From: Candidatus Omnitrophota bacterium
GTDB lineage: Bacteria; Omnitrophota; Gorgyraeia; Zapsychrales; Fredricksoniimonadaceae
Length of the DNA stretch: 64,000 nucleotides
NCBI GenBank assembly: GCA_044225175.1
Contig: JBGAJA010000001.1
Location: forward strand, 70,994 to 134,993
Direction of reading: 5' to 3'
The notes beneath the pieces were generated by a model. That model worked only from the letters and a program-made list of their open reading frames with translations. It ran no database searches and was not told the origin of the DNA. Position numbers and translations under genes: made by a program. Below, one piece after another: positions 1-11,403 of the stretch; position 1 is the first letter of the stretch, and each line of letters starts with the position of its first letter.

Positions 1-2
1 GA

Positions 3-446
3 TTGCTTACTCCTGTATTGGGGGCTACATTTGCCAGCACATTATTCGCAGTTGCTCTTCTAGCTTCTGGCCAAAACTCGACATTAACAGGAACATTAGC
101 TGGTCAAATTGTGATGGAAGGGTTCCTAAATATTCGTTTACGCCCATGGATGCGTCGAATCCTGACACGTTCAGTGGCCATTGTCCCAGCAGTCATTGTA
201 GCTGCGATGTATGGTGAAAAAGGAGTAGGAAGTCTTTTAGTTTTAAGCCAGGTTGTGTTATCTTTACAGTTAAGTTTTGCAGTTGTACCTTTAGTGATGT
301 TTACGTCTGATAAATTAAAGATGGATAAATTTGTTAATCCTACTTGGCTTAAGATCTTAGCCTGGACAATCACGGTGATTATTGGGGGACTAAACGCTTA
401 TTTATTGTTTCAAACAGTCAGTTTATGGTTCGGAGGATCTCATTAA
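3..446 (+). CDS. mntH: NRAMP-family Mn2+/Fe2+ transporter, 5'-truncated by window edge
   Basis: Signature [25 protein letters not shown] and [20 protein letters not shown]; several TM helices. Confidence 0.93.
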   Translation: MLTPVLGATFASTLFAVALLASGQNSTLTGTLAGQIVMEGFLNIRLRPWMRRILTRSVAIVPAVIVAAMYGEKGVGSLLVLSQVVLSLQLSFAVVPLVMFTSDKLKMDKFVNPTWLKILAWTITVIIGGLNAYLLFQTVSLWFGGSH

Positions 447-874
447 TGTATAAAAAAATTCTTATTCCTTTAGACAATTCACCAACAGATGAGGCTATTC
501 TAAAGCATATACGTCCTTTAGCTAAATTGAGTTCAGCAGAAATTCTACTTGTCCACGTTGCAGATGGTTTTGCAGCTCGTCTTCAAGATCAATTGAATTT
601 AGCTGATTCTGAAGAAATCATTAAAGATCAGAAGTATTTGGATGAACAATGCTTGCTATTGAAAAAAGAAGGTTTTAGGGTTAAGTCTCTTCTACTGCAG
701 CGTAAAGAACCTGCCGATGCAATTCTAGAGACTGCTGATAAGGAACACTGTGATTTGATTGCTATGGCCACCCATGGTCATGGTTTTGTCAAAGATATGA
801 TTTTAGGTTCAGTTGCAGATACTCTTCGTCATAGTACGGACATTCCTATTTTGATGATCCGTTCAAAGTGTTAA
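446..874 (+). CDS. Universal stress protein (USP)
   Basis: [10 protein letters not shown] start, DLIAMATHG...GSVA motif; GGAGG at 432-436; ATG 446 overlaps the mntH TAA. Confidence 0.92.
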   Translation: MYKKILIPLDNSPTDEAILKHIRPLAKLSSAEILLVHVADGFAARLQDQLNLADSEEIIKDQKYLDEQCLLLKKEGFRVKSLLLQRKEPADAILETADKEHCDLIAMATHGHGFVKDMILGSVADTLRHSTDIPILMIRSKC

Positions 875-890
875 ATAATTCCGCAGTATA

Positions 891-919
891 TTGTATTTCT
901 TGGGTGGAAAATCTATAAT
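891..919 (+). promoter_or_regulatory. sigma70-like promoter, leaderless, for the FIST gene
   Basis: TTGTAT(891-896)-17-TATAAT(914-919)-6 nt-ATG(926); no SD. Confidence 0.7.
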
Positions 920-925
920 GCCTCT

Positions 926-2086
926 ATGCAATTCACGAACCGAATAACAGAGGCTTCCGACCTTGAACAAATCCTTAAAGACCTGACTGAAAATGTCAGG
1001 GGAAATTTTGATTTGGGGGTTTTGTTTGTTTCTCCTTGGCAACCTTATAATCCACAAGAAATTTATAAGGCCTTAAAAGCTCAGATTAAAATTAAACATT
1101 TTTTGTGCTGCACATGCGCAGGGATTATTGGCAGTGAGAGGGAAATTGAGGGGAGACCTGCCGCTTCATTATTGCTGGCTCAATTGCCCAATGTGACTGT
1201 GAGCCCTTTTTATATCAATCAAGTGGCCCTCGAGGGATTACAAACGCGTGAGGCTTTATACAATTTCTTCGAAATCTATCCCAATGAAACTCCAACTTTC
1301 TTAGTCTTGCCTGATCCCTATGCCATCGATACGAATCGTCTCTTAAAGGTTTTTAATGGTGCTTATCCGGGTTGTCCCATCATCGGAGGGTTAGCCTCAG
1401 GAGCTTCAGGACCTGGAGAAAATACCCTTATTATGGATGGAGAGGTTTATACGGAAGGTTTGATGGGGGTTGTTCTAACCGGAGATGTAAAGGTTGAAAC
1501 GGTTGTGTCCCAAGGCTGTCGTCCTTTTGGTGAGACATTCATTGTGACGAAAGCTAAAGACAATCTTATTTATGAACTCGCAGGCCAGCCCTTTTATAAA
1601 ATCTTGGAGGGTGTATTGAAAGCAGGTACAGAATATGATCGTCACTTGGCCAGGGAGGCCATTTTTGTTGGTATTGCGATCAATGAGTATAAGCCGGAAT
1701 TTAAACGAGGTGATTTTCTTATACGGCCTGTCATGGCGGTCGATCCTAATAATGGTGCAGGGGCTATTGGGGATTATATTAGTGCCGGTCAAACGATTCA
1801 ATTTCATCTGCGTGATGCTAAAACAGCCAATGAAGATTTGCATGAACTTCTAACTCTACAAAAACAGAAGAATGGACAAGTTCCTCAAGGAGCATTTGTA
1901 TTTTCGTGTAATGGTCGAGGCTTAGGTCTGTTTAAAGAGCATAATCATGATATTCGTATCATTCAACATCATCTAGGCCCTGTTCCTGCTGCTGGGTTTT
2001 TCTGTGCCGGCGAAATTGGCCCTGTGGGCGGCATTAATTTTCTTCATGGTTTTACCAATAGTATGGCATTATTCTATGCAAAGTAA
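926..2086 (+). CDS. FIST N/C-domain sensory protein
   Basis: IIGGLASG, VSQGCRPFG, FSCNGRG, GFFCAGEIGP, LHGFT motifs. Confidence 0.92.
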   Translation: MQFTNRITEASDLEQILKDLTENVRGNFDLGVLFVSPWQPYNPQEIYKALKAQIKIKHFLCCTCAGIIGSEREIEGRPAASLLLAQLPNVTVSPFYINQVALEGLQTREALYNFFEIYPNETPTFLVLPDPYAIDTNRLLKVFNGAYPGCPIIGGLASGASGPGENTLIMDGEVYTEGLMGVVLTGDVKVETVVSQGCRPFGETFIVTKAKDNLIYELAGQPFYKILEGVLKAGTEYDRHLAREAIFVGIAINEYKPEFKRGDFLIRPVMAVDPNNGAGAIGDYISAGQTIQFHLRDAKTANEDLHELLTLQKQKNGQVPQGAFVFSCNGRGLGLFKEHNHDIRIIQHHLGPVPAAGFFCAGEIGPVGGINFLHGFTNSMALFYAK

Positions 2087-2945
2087 CTCCCAAGAATATC
2101 TTAAGGTCATGTTTAATTTTGCCCAGAAGGCAGGCAAGGTTGCGCTTAAACATCTTGATCAAAGTTCGCCTTCTTTGAAGAAAGATGCCAGTGTCATTAC
2201 AAAAGCAGACAAAGAAATCTCTCTGTTGTGCCGTAAGTCACTTCAAAAATACTTAAAAGATCCATCCCATCTCTTAATTGATGAAGAAGATCCTAATATA
2301 GCCCTGTACTTAGATCAGAAAAGATTAGAGCAAACAAAGTATCTTTGGGCCGTTGATCCTATTGATGGAACACGTCTGTATGCCAATCGAATGCCATTAT
2401 TTGGAGTTTCTTTGGGATTATTGAAAGATTTAAAGCCATGGCTTGGGGTTGTCTATTTCCCCGTTTTAAAAGAGCTTTTTTATTGTGATGGGATCAATGC
2501 TTACTTCGTCCAAAATGCTTTCACCTCAAAAGCTAAAACAATCAAGATCAAACCTAACCGGGAACAGGTGTCTCCTAAGTCATTATTCTTTTGTAATGAC
2601 ACATTCTTTAACAAATTTGCTTGGTCTGATAAGGATTTCCACATCATGATCCATGCGTGTGCCGTTATTAATCTCTGCTGGCCATCCATTGGCAGGGGAA
2701 TTGGATGCTTTTTAAGGTGTAATCTATGGGATTTTGCCGGTTCCTGGCCCATTATTCAAAAGGCAGGGATGGATTTTCGGTCGGTCAGAACAGGAAAAGT
2801 CTTAAAATCTGTCAATATAGATGTTTTTAATGGCGCTCCAAGGCCATGGGATTTAAAAGAGCATTACATGATTTCCTCAGCAAGAAACTTTTCTCGAATT
2901 AAATCCAAAATAATTATTTTGTCGACGACAAAAAACATTTCGTAA
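2076..2945 (+). CDS. Inositol monophosphatase-family (FIG superfamily) phosphatase
   Basis: TKAD, DEE, WAVDPIDGT, WDFAG motifs; start moved to ATG 2076, overlapping the FIST stop. Confidence 0.88.
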   Translation: MQSNSQEYLKVMFNFAQKAGKVALKHLDQSSPSLKKDASVITKADKEISLLCRKSLQKYLKDPSHLLIDEEDPNIALYLDQKRLEQTKYLWAVDPIDGTRLYANRMPLFGVSLGLLKDLKPWLGVVYFPVLKELFYCDGINAYFVQNAFTSKAKTIKIKPNREQVSPKSLFFCNDTFFNKFAWSDKDFHIMIHACAVINLCWPSIGRGIGCFLRCNLWDFAGSWPIIQKAGMDFRSVRTGKVLKSVNIDVFNGAPRPWDLKEHYMISSARNFSRIKSKIIILSTTKNIS

Positions 2946-2948
2946 TAG

Positions 2949-2977
2949 TTGATTTTCATAAAACAGGGTGCTATATT
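2949..2977 (+). promoter_or_regulatory. sigma70-like promoter upstream of a structured non-coding segment
   Basis: TTGATT(2949-2954)-17-TATATT(2972-2977) with extended TG. Confidence 0.6.
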
Positions 2978-2980
2978 CGT

Positions 2981-3080
2981 AATAGAAAGCCGGAGGAAGT
3001 CATCATTAGTCTAAGGCCCGCAGATTTGTGGGGGGCACATCAGACAAAATTAAAGACAGATGACAAACCGGCTTTTTATT
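2981..3080 (+). ncRNA. Candidate ~100-nt structured ncRNA, family unknown
   Basis: Nested stems: AATAGAAAGCCGG/CCGGCTTTTTATT, GTCATC/GATGAC, GTCT/AGAC, CCCGCA-GATT-TGTGGG; promoter upstream, T-rich end. Confidence 0.5.
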
Positions 3081-3117
3081 TCGCAATTTCATTTATTTTT
3101 AGTATATAATTCCCTCC

Positions 3118-3423
3118 ATGTCTAGCGAACGATATCTTCGGATTTATAAGAAATTTTATTTTGATGAGGTCAAATCCCATACTCTTTTGTATGGTGCTCT
3201 TTCTGGCAGCTGCAGCAGTTGTAAGGAAATTGATATTAAGTTAGATGCTCTCAAATGTCCTTCCTGTGGAAATCCTTTCAAATACATTGCATTTATGAAT
3301 ATCAAAGATCATCTGCCTAAAATGCAAAGAATAGCACTTGAGAGGCCAGATATTGTTTTTATGGATTATGAAGATTTTAAGAAGGTTGAAGGAGAGCTTA
3401 AAGCTCGAGATATTTTAGGATAA
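3118..3423 (+). CDS. Small zinc-ribbon-like hypothetical protein
   Basis: CSSC...CPSCG; TATAAT at 3105-3110 lies 7 nt before the ATG (leaderless). Confidence 0.75.
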   Translation: MSSERYLRIYKKFYFDEVKSHTLLYGALSGSCSSCKEIDIKLDALKCPSCGNPFKYIAFMNIKDHLPKMQRIALERPDIVFMDYEDFKKVEGELKARDILG

Positions 3424-3432
3424 GGGGAATGT

Positions 3433-4575
3433 ATGGTAAATAAAGATCGTTTGGTTAAGTTGACTCAGAAATTACTACAATTTGATTCAGTTAATCCTCC
3501 TGGAAATGAACTTGAAGTTTCTCGATTTATAGAAAAAGACCTTAAATCTTTAGGGTTAGATGTGAAAACAGTCTCGTATGCTAAGAATAGGCCTAACGTC
3601 ATTGCCACGCTTAAGGGGACATGGCCTCGTGCCAAAGCTGCCTCTGAAGCGATTTTAATTACCCCTCATATTGATACAGTACCTTTTGGTTCCGGATGGA
3701 AATTTAATCCGACCGGTGGCACCATCCATGCAGGCAAGATTTATGGACGTGGCGCTTCGGATGATAAAGGCAATGCAGCCGTTGGAATGGAAGTTTTACG
3801 TTCTTTAGTGGAAGATGGCATTAAGCTTAATCGCGATATCATTTATGCAGCGACCGTTGATGAAGAAACTGGATCTCACCAAGGAATTAGACCTTTACTT
3901 GAAAAAGGCGTACTTCGTCCTAAGGTTGCTTTGATTACTGATTCCGAAGAGTTCGACTGCATCATAGCCCAAAAGGGACTATTCCATTGCCGTGTGCAGA
4001 TCTTTGGAAAGAAAGCTCATGGGGCCTATAATTGGCGAGGAATCAGTGCTATTGAAATTGCTGCCAAGGTCATCAATCGTCTCAAAGAACATCAATTCAA
4101 ATTTAAGAAGCATCCCTTACTTGTACCACCGACCAAAAATATCGGAACTATTCGTGGCGGAGATAAGGTCAATATGGTGGCTGATTTTTGTGAGTTTGCC
4201 TTAGACATTCGTTTTATGCCAGGAATGACTGCAGCTGGAGTCTTGAAAGAGGTCAAAAGCATTATTGCCAAGGAAACAAAGAAGTTTAAGGTGATTATTG
4301 ATGATTCTCAAAAGCCCTACGAACTTGATCCTAAGCACCCCTTTGTGAAGACGTACGTCGATGTTTGTCGAAAAATGGGCTTTGATGCAAAGTATCTAGG
4401 AAGCCAGGGGGCCACAGTCATTACATTTTTCCAAGATTATGGTATTCCTGCCTTTTCAACGGGCTGGGGAGCTCATGGGGTCATTCATGCCAATGACGAA
4501 TATGCTGTTATTAAAACTCTTTATCATGGAGCTCAGGCTCTTGAAGCTTATTTGAAGGAATACGATTCCAAATGA
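3433..4575 (+). CDS. M20 metallopeptidase (ArgE/DapE-like deacylase)
   Basis: HIDTVP, YGRGASDDKG, DEETG, GKKAHG, IHANDE motifs. Confidence 0.92.
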   Translation: MVNKDRLVKLTQKLLQFDSVNPPGNELEVSRFIEKDLKSLGLDVKTVSYAKNRPNVIATLKGTWPRAKAASEAILITPHIDTVPFGSGWKFNPTGGTIHAGKIYGRGASDDKGNAAVGMEVLRSLVEDGIKLNRDIIYAATVDEETGSHQGIRPLLEKGVLRPKVALITDSEEFDCIIAQKGLFHCRVQIFGKKAHGAYNWRGISAIEIAAKVINRLKEHQFKFKKHPLLVPPTKNIGTIRGGDKVNMVADFCEFALDIRFMPGMTAAGVLKEVKSIIAKETKKFKVIIDDSQKPYELDPKHPFVKTYVDVCRKMGFDAKYLGSQGATVITFFQDYGIPAFSTGWGAHGVIHANDEYAVIKTLYHGAQALEAYLKEYDSK

Positions 4576-5243
4576 GAACACTTCTTTTAGCTATCTTTTT
4601 AATTTTTAGTGCTAGTCTTCCGTCGTGGGCAGTTGAAAATGGTGAGACAATCCATTACAACGTAACACAGGTGGGATTGAAGGCTGGAGAGGCGACCCTA
4701 ACATTTGTCGGGCCTGCTCAATATCGAAATCAAGAAACATATTCTATTGACTTTTACTCTAAAGGGATGAACTTTGAGGATCATGAGAAGATTTATTTGG
4801 ATCCTAAACGATTGAAACCGATCTTTGTTGAGCGAGATTTAAACATTTTTGGCAAAAAAGAGAAGATTCTGGAAGAGTATACCGAAGGTCACTTAAAGAT
4901 CACTAAGACCGTAGGTAATAAAACTACAGAACAAACCATAGACAAAGCAGGATGGATGGATAATATTTATGCGTTTATCTATCGTTATCGTCAGTCTGAA
5001 AGCTTCCAAGCTCAAGAAGAATTCGATATTAACCTTCCGACAACAAGTTTAAAGATTGCCATTGTCAAGAAGGATGCTCTCAAAGCAGGAAAAAAGAAGT
5101 ACGATGTTCTTTATATGCAAAGCAAACCTTCTAAATATAAGATTTGGTTTGATGCTTCCCCAGAGAAACTTCCTCTTCGAATCAGCGGAGCAGTTGGCTT
5201 GGGAAATACCGTTATGATGATGACAGACTATGAAAAAAAATAA
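4572..5243 (+). CDS. Secreted DUF3108-like beta-rich protein
   Basis: Signal peptide, GETIHYNV...GLKAGEATL start, IWFD...KLPLRI end. Confidence 0.7.
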   Translation: MRTLLLAIFLIFSASLPSWAVENGETIHYNVTQVGLKAGEATLTFVGPAQYRNQETYSIDFYSKGMNFEDHEKIYLDPKRLKPIFVERDLNIFGKKEKILEEYTEGHLKITKTVGNKTTEQTIDKAGWMDNIYAFIYRYRQSESFQAQEEFDINLPTTSLKIAIVKKDALKAGKKKYDVLYMQSKPSKYKIWFDASPEKLPLRISGAVGLGNTVMMMTDYEKK

Positions 5244-6423
5244 AATTCAATTACCAGACAGTAGAGGTCACTTCGGCGAATTTGGCGGCTGTTATGCTCC
5301 AGAGACGCTCATGGGACTTTTGCTTGATTTAGAGAAAGAATTTCAAAAGATCAAAAAGGACAAAACATTCCAAAAGGAGTTTGATTTTTATCTCAAGGAA
5401 TATGCTGGACGTCCAACCAATTTATATCTCGCCAAACGTTTGAGTGCTCATTTAAAGACATTAAAGGTGTATTTAAAACGTGAAGATTTGCTGCACACAG
5501 GTGCTCATAAGATCAATAACACATTAGGCCAAATCATCGTAGCCCGTCGTATGGGAAAGACCCGTATTATTGCGGAAACAGGAGCTGGGCAGCATGGAGT
5601 TGCGACTGCTACAGTCTCAGCTTTGTTTGGCTTGAAGTGTGTGATTTATATGGGCGCTGAAGATGTGAAGCGTCAGTCTTTGAACGTTATACGTATGAAA
5701 CTTATGGGAGCAGAAGTAATTCCTGTAGAAAGCGGCTCCAAGACCCTTAAAGATGCCATGAATGAAGCTGTTCGTGATTGGGTCACCAACGTTCATGACA
5801 CGTTTTATATCATCGGCTCGGTGGCAGGGTTCCATCCTTATCCTGTTATGGTGAGAGCTTTTCAATCTGTGATTGGTAGGGAAGCTCGTGAGCAATTCTT
5901 GAAAAAAGAAGGACGCTTGCCCAATTATTTAGTTGCATGCGTTGGTGGGGGTAGTAATGCTATGGGATTATTCCATCCATTCTATGATGACAAATCCGTC
6001 AAGATTATTGGGGTTGAGGCAGCAGGTCATGGGGTGCATACCAAGGAACATTCAGCTACATTGACCAAAGGAAAAGTTGGGGTGCTTCATGGCAGTAAGA
6101 GTATGCTTCTTCAAGACAAAGACGGGCAAGTACAAATTGCTCATTCCATTGCAGCTGGTTTAGATTATCCAGGAGTTGGGCCAGAGCATTCATTTTATAA
6201 AGCAAGTGGTCGGGCTGAATATGTTTCAGTCGATGACAAACAAGCCATCGCAGCCTTGAAATTGTTAGCCAAGACAGAAGGAATTATCCCCGCTCTTGAA
6301 ACATCGCATGCCATTGCCTATTTAGAAACATTAGCCAAAAAAGTAAAATCCAAATCTTCCGTCATTCTATGTCTCTCCGGACGTGGGGATAAGGATATGA
6401 ATCAAATTTCGCAGTTTGTATAA
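5230..6423 (+). CDS. trpB: Tryptophan synthase beta chain
   Basis: [38 protein letters not shown]. Confidence 0.98.
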   Translation: MKKNKIQLPDSRGHFGEFGGCYAPETLMGLLLDLEKEFQKIKKDKTFQKEFDFYLKEYAGRPTNLYLAKRLSAHLKTLKVYLKREDLLHTGAHKINNTLGQIIVARRMGKTRIIAETGAGQHGVATATVSALFGLKCVIYMGAEDVKRQSLNVIRMKLMGAEVIPVESGSKTLKDAMNEAVRDWVTNVHDTFYIIGSVAGFHPYPVMVRAFQSVIGREAREQFLKKEGRLPNYLVACVGGGSNAMGLFHPFYDDKSVKIIGVEAAGHGVHTKEHSATLTKGKVGVLHGSKSMLLQDKDGQVQIAHSIAAGLDYPGVGPEHSFYKASGRAEYVSVDDKQAIAALKLLAKTEGIIPALETSHAIAYLETLAKKVKSKSSVILCLSGRGDKDMNQISQFV

Positions 6424-6437
6424 ATAATGAAGAAGTT

Positions 6438-7175
6438 ATGATTAAACTCTTAATAGGATTGATATTTTTAAATAGTTTTTCTGGAGCCGCCATTGCTCAA
6501 ACTATTAAAGATGGTTTTGGTAAAACTTTGCTTCCTGACAATTGTTTATATGAGGGGAATTTTAAAGGAGGTTTGTTTAACGGGAAGGGCACTCTCAAAT
6601 GTGCCAATGGAGATAAATTTGAAGGAGAGTTTAAGAATGGATTTATGGATGGAGCAGGAGTCTATATTTTTGGAAATGGTGATAAATATTCAGGGGAATA
6701 TAAGAATGGTTATATGAACGGTAAGGGCGTTTTAAATTATTCAGATGGCAGTAAATTTGAGGGAGGATTTAAAAATGGTCGGATAAATGGCCAAGGCGTA
6801 TTAATTACTGATTTAGGCGCTAAATATGAAGGAAGTTTTAAAGATGGAAAATTTAATGGAAAAGGCATAGTTACCTATACAGATGGAAGTAGTTATCAGG
6901 GTGAAATCAAAGATTATAAGCCTCATGGCAAAGGTCTTTTCACTTATCCTAATAATTCTGTATATAAAACCTATGAGGGAAATTTTGAGGAAGGTAAATT
7001 TAAAGGTAAGGGAATATTCTTATATGTTGATGGCAGTAGATATGAGGGTATGTTTGAAGATGGTCGATATAATGGGCAAGGAATTTTATATTGTGGCAAT
7101 GGCAAGAAATTAGAAGGTATTTTTGAAAATGGTCAATTTACTGGCAACGAAAGATGCTTTGATAACAATGAATAG
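6438..7175 (+). CDS. Secreted MORN-repeat protein
   Basis: Signal peptide, then about 9 repeats of (Y/F)EGxFKxGxxxGxG. Confidence 0.9.
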   Translation: MIKLLIGLIFLNSFSGAAIAQTIKDGFGKTLLPDNCLYEGNFKGGLFNGKGTLKCANGDKFEGEFKNGFMDGAGVYIFGNGDKYSGEYKNGYMNGKGVLNYSDGSKFEGGFKNGRINGQGVLITDLGAKYEGSFKDGKFNGKGIVTYTDGSSYQGEIKDYKPHGKGLFTYPNNSVYKTYEGNFEEGKFKGKGIFLYVDGSRYEGMFEDGRYNGQGILYCGNGKKLEGIFENGQFTGNERCFDNNE

Positions 7176-7956
7176 AATCGATCAAACATTTAAGAAATTA
7201 CGTCTACAAAAGAAAAAAGCTTTCATTGCTTTTATCACTGCTGGCGATCCTAACTTAAAGGCGACTTATGATCTGGTGTTAACATTAGAGCAGGCTGGTG
7301 CTGATATTATTGAGCTGGGCGTTCCTTTTTCTGATCCTATGGCCGATGGTCCAACCATTCAATCATCTTCCATGAGAGCGCTCCAAAACGGAACGACGTT
7401 AACGAAGGTGTTAGATTTAGTCAAACGGCTTCGACTAAAGACCCAAGTTCCGTTGTGCTTGATGACCTATTACAATATTATTTTTAGTCACGGCGAAGAG
7501 AAGTTTGTGAAAGAGGCTGTTGCGGCAGGGGTAGATGGGATTATTATTCCTGATCTTCCTGTAAGTGAGGCAGCTGTCCTTAGAAAGCATGCTCTTGCCA
7601 AAGATTTGGCTACTATCTTCTTTATTGCGCCAACGACGAGTAGTGAACGCGTTAAATCTATTGCTCAAGCAAGTACTGGCTTTATTTATTATGTATCTCT
7701 GACAGGTGTCACTGGAGTTAAACAAACCCTCCCTAAAGAAGTCGTTGCTGATATTAAACGCATTAAGAAAATTACTAATAAACCTATTTGTGCTGGTTTT
7801 GGGATTTCTACATCGGCTCAAGTTAGGTCTATAGGCCAGGCAGCGGATGGCGTCATTGTTGGAAGTGCTATTGTTAAAGAAATTCTCAAATATTCAAAAG
7901 ATAAAAACTTGGCCTCTAAAGTTGCTCATTTCGTAAAGCAATTATCCAAAGGATAA
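7168..7956 (+). CDS. trpA: Tryptophan synthase alpha chain
   Basis: FITAGDP, ELGVPFSDPMADGPTIQ, GFGIS, DGVIVGSA; start moved to ATG 7168 (MNRIDQTF). Confidence 0.97.
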   Translation: MNRIDQTFKKLRLQKKKAFIAFITAGDPNLKATYDLVLTLEQAGADIIELGVPFSDPMADGPTIQSSSMRALQNGTTLTKVLDLVKRLRLKTQVPLCLMTYYNIIFSHGEEKFVKEAVAAGVDGIIIPDLPVSEAAVLRKHALAKDLATIFFIAPTTSSERVKSIAQASTGFIYYVSLTGVTGVKQTLPKEVVADIKRIKKITNKPICAGFGISTSAQVRSIGQAADGVIVGSAIVKEILKYSKDKNLASKVAHFVKQLSKG

Positions 7957-7961
7957 ATCAC

Positions 7962-9233
7962 GTGCAAAAACTGACTACACTCGATAATAAGATTCGAGTC
8001 ATTACGCAAACTTTTAAAGATCGTCAAAGCACATCTCTTGGGGTGTGGTTTGGTGTGGGTGGCCGGTATGAGAACTTTAAGAATAAAGGCATTGCCCACT
8101 TTATGGAACACATAGCTTTTAAAGGCAGTCGTCACTATTCCTGCCAAGAAGTTAAACAATTGATTGAAGGTGTGGGAGGCAATCTTAATGCTTTTACAGG
8201 AGAGGAAGAAACCTGTTATTACGCTAAGGTTCCAAGAAAACATTTGAATCGAACATTTGATATTTTGGCTGACATTAGTTTGTTTCCAACTATCAACAAG
8301 AAAGACTTAGAAAAAGAACGAACTGTTATTTTGGAAGAAATCAAAATGTATCATGATCTTCCTCAATACTATGTGATGGAACTCTTAGAAGAGCTTCTTT
8401 GGCCTAACCATCCCCTGGGGGTTAGTTTAGCTGGAAGTAAAGAAACTGTTTCAGCTTTAACCGAAGTTGATTTGAAGAGCTTTCAGAATGATTTTTATGT
8501 TCCAGATAATTTGGTTGTATCGGTTTGTGGAGACATTAATCATGAAGCCATTGTTAAAATGATTGATAAAAAATTAGGAAAACTTAAAGGCAAGATCCAG
8601 GAAAGCTATATTCCAGCTCGAAAAGACCAAGATAAGCCTTCGGTTAATTTTCATGTCAAAGATACAGAACAGATGCATTTGGCTTTAGGATATTTGGCGT
8701 ATGAGACCAACCACAAAGATTATTATGTGATGGCGACCTTAAGCATTATTCTAGGCGGCAATATGTCGAGCCGTTTATTTAATGAAGTCCGTGAAGACAG
8801 AGGTCTTGCGTATTCGATAGGAAGTTCGTCAAAGACGTTAGATGATACGGGTGTTTTTATTGTAAGAGCAGGTGTCGATAACAATAAAATCGAAGATGCT
8901 TTGGCCGTAATTTTGAAGGTCCTCAAGAAGGTAACTAAGGATGGCGTTACTCAAGATGAGCTTTCCCGTGCGAAAGAGTACTTTATCGGTCAATTCCTCT
9001 TAGGCCTTGAAGACACCTTAGACTACATGATCTGGCAGGGTGCTGGATTAATCAGTCATGATAAAACAAGAACCGTTCAAGCTGTTGTGAATAAGATTAA
9101 AGCCGTCAGTTTAGAGGACATCAAAAGAGTAGCTCGGCACATTTTTTCTGAAAAGCGTCTGAATGTAAGCTTGATTGGTCCTGTAGATGATGCCAAACAG
9201 AAGCGTTTGAGGGGCATTGCCGGCATTGCCTAA
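7962..9233 (+). CDS. M16B (pitrilysin-family) zinc protease
   Basis: Inverted zincin HFMEH, NAFT, SSRLFNEVREDRGLAYSI; GTG start. Confidence 0.93.
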   Translation: MQKLTTLDNKIRVITQTFKDRQSTSLGVWFGVGGRYENFKNKGIAHFMEHIAFKGSRHYSCQEVKQLIEGVGGNLNAFTGEEETCYYAKVPRKHLNRTFDILADISLFPTINKKDLEKERTVILEEIKMYHDLPQYYVMELLEELLWPNHPLGVSLAGSKETVSALTEVDLKSFQNDFYVPDNLVVSVCGDINHEAIVKMIDKKLGKLKGKIQESYIPARKDQDKPSVNFHVKDTEQMHLALGYLAYETNHKDYYVMATLSIILGGNMSSRLFNEVREDRGLAYSIGSSSKTLDDTGVFIVRAGVDNNKIEDALAVILKVLKKVTKDGVTQDELSRAKEYFIGQFLLGLEDTLDYMIWQGAGLISHDKTRTVQAVVNKIKAVSLEDIKRVARHIFSEKRLNVSLIGPVDDAKQKRLRGIAGIA

Positions 9234-9254
9234 TAACATTCAATATGATATGAT
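9226..9254 (+). promoter_or_regulatory. Leaderless promoter for iscA-thiC
   Basis: TTGCCT(9226-9231)-17-TATGAT(9249-9254) with extended TG, 6 nt before ATG 9261. Confidence 0.6.
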
Positions 9255-9260
9255 TTAAGT

Positions 9261-9599
9261 ATGAATACACAATTACCTATAGCCACATTAACTGATTCAG
9301 CCGTCGAGAAAATTAAGTCGATGATGACCAAAGAAGGTAAGGAAGGTTATGCCTTACGTTTGGGTGTCACGACGGGCGGTTGTGCAGGTCTTTCATATGA
9401 AATGAAGTTTCAAAAGAACCCGTATGACAATGACATTGTTTATGAACAAAAGGGATTAACAGTCATTGTTAACCAGGAAAGCTTAGAATTCTTAAAAGGT
9501 ATTGAAGTTGACTATGTCGATACCCTCCGTGAAAGCGGCTTTAAATACAAAAACCCCAATGCCAAATCCAGTTGTGGCTGCGGAACCTCATTTAGTTAA
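9261..9599 (+). CDS. iscA: A-type Fe-S cluster carrier (IscA/HesB family)
   Basis: GGCAGLSY and NPNAKSSCGCGTSF. Confidence 0.93.
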   Translation: MNTQLPIATLTDSAVEKIKSMMTKEGKEGYALRLGVTTGGCAGLSYEMKFQKNPYDNDIVYEQKGLTVIVNQESLEFLKGIEVDYVDTLRESGFKYKNPNAKSSCGCGTSFS

Positions 9600-11393
<1,794 letters not shown>

Positions 11394-11403
11394 TTTTGGA
11401 TTT

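Noticed and set aside
2981-3080. SRP RNA, tRNA or known riboswitch identity for the structured segment
   Set aside because: No CAGG-GNRA-AGCAG helix-8 motif on either strand, no T-loop, no recognisable aptamer core; kept only as an unknown ncRNA candidate
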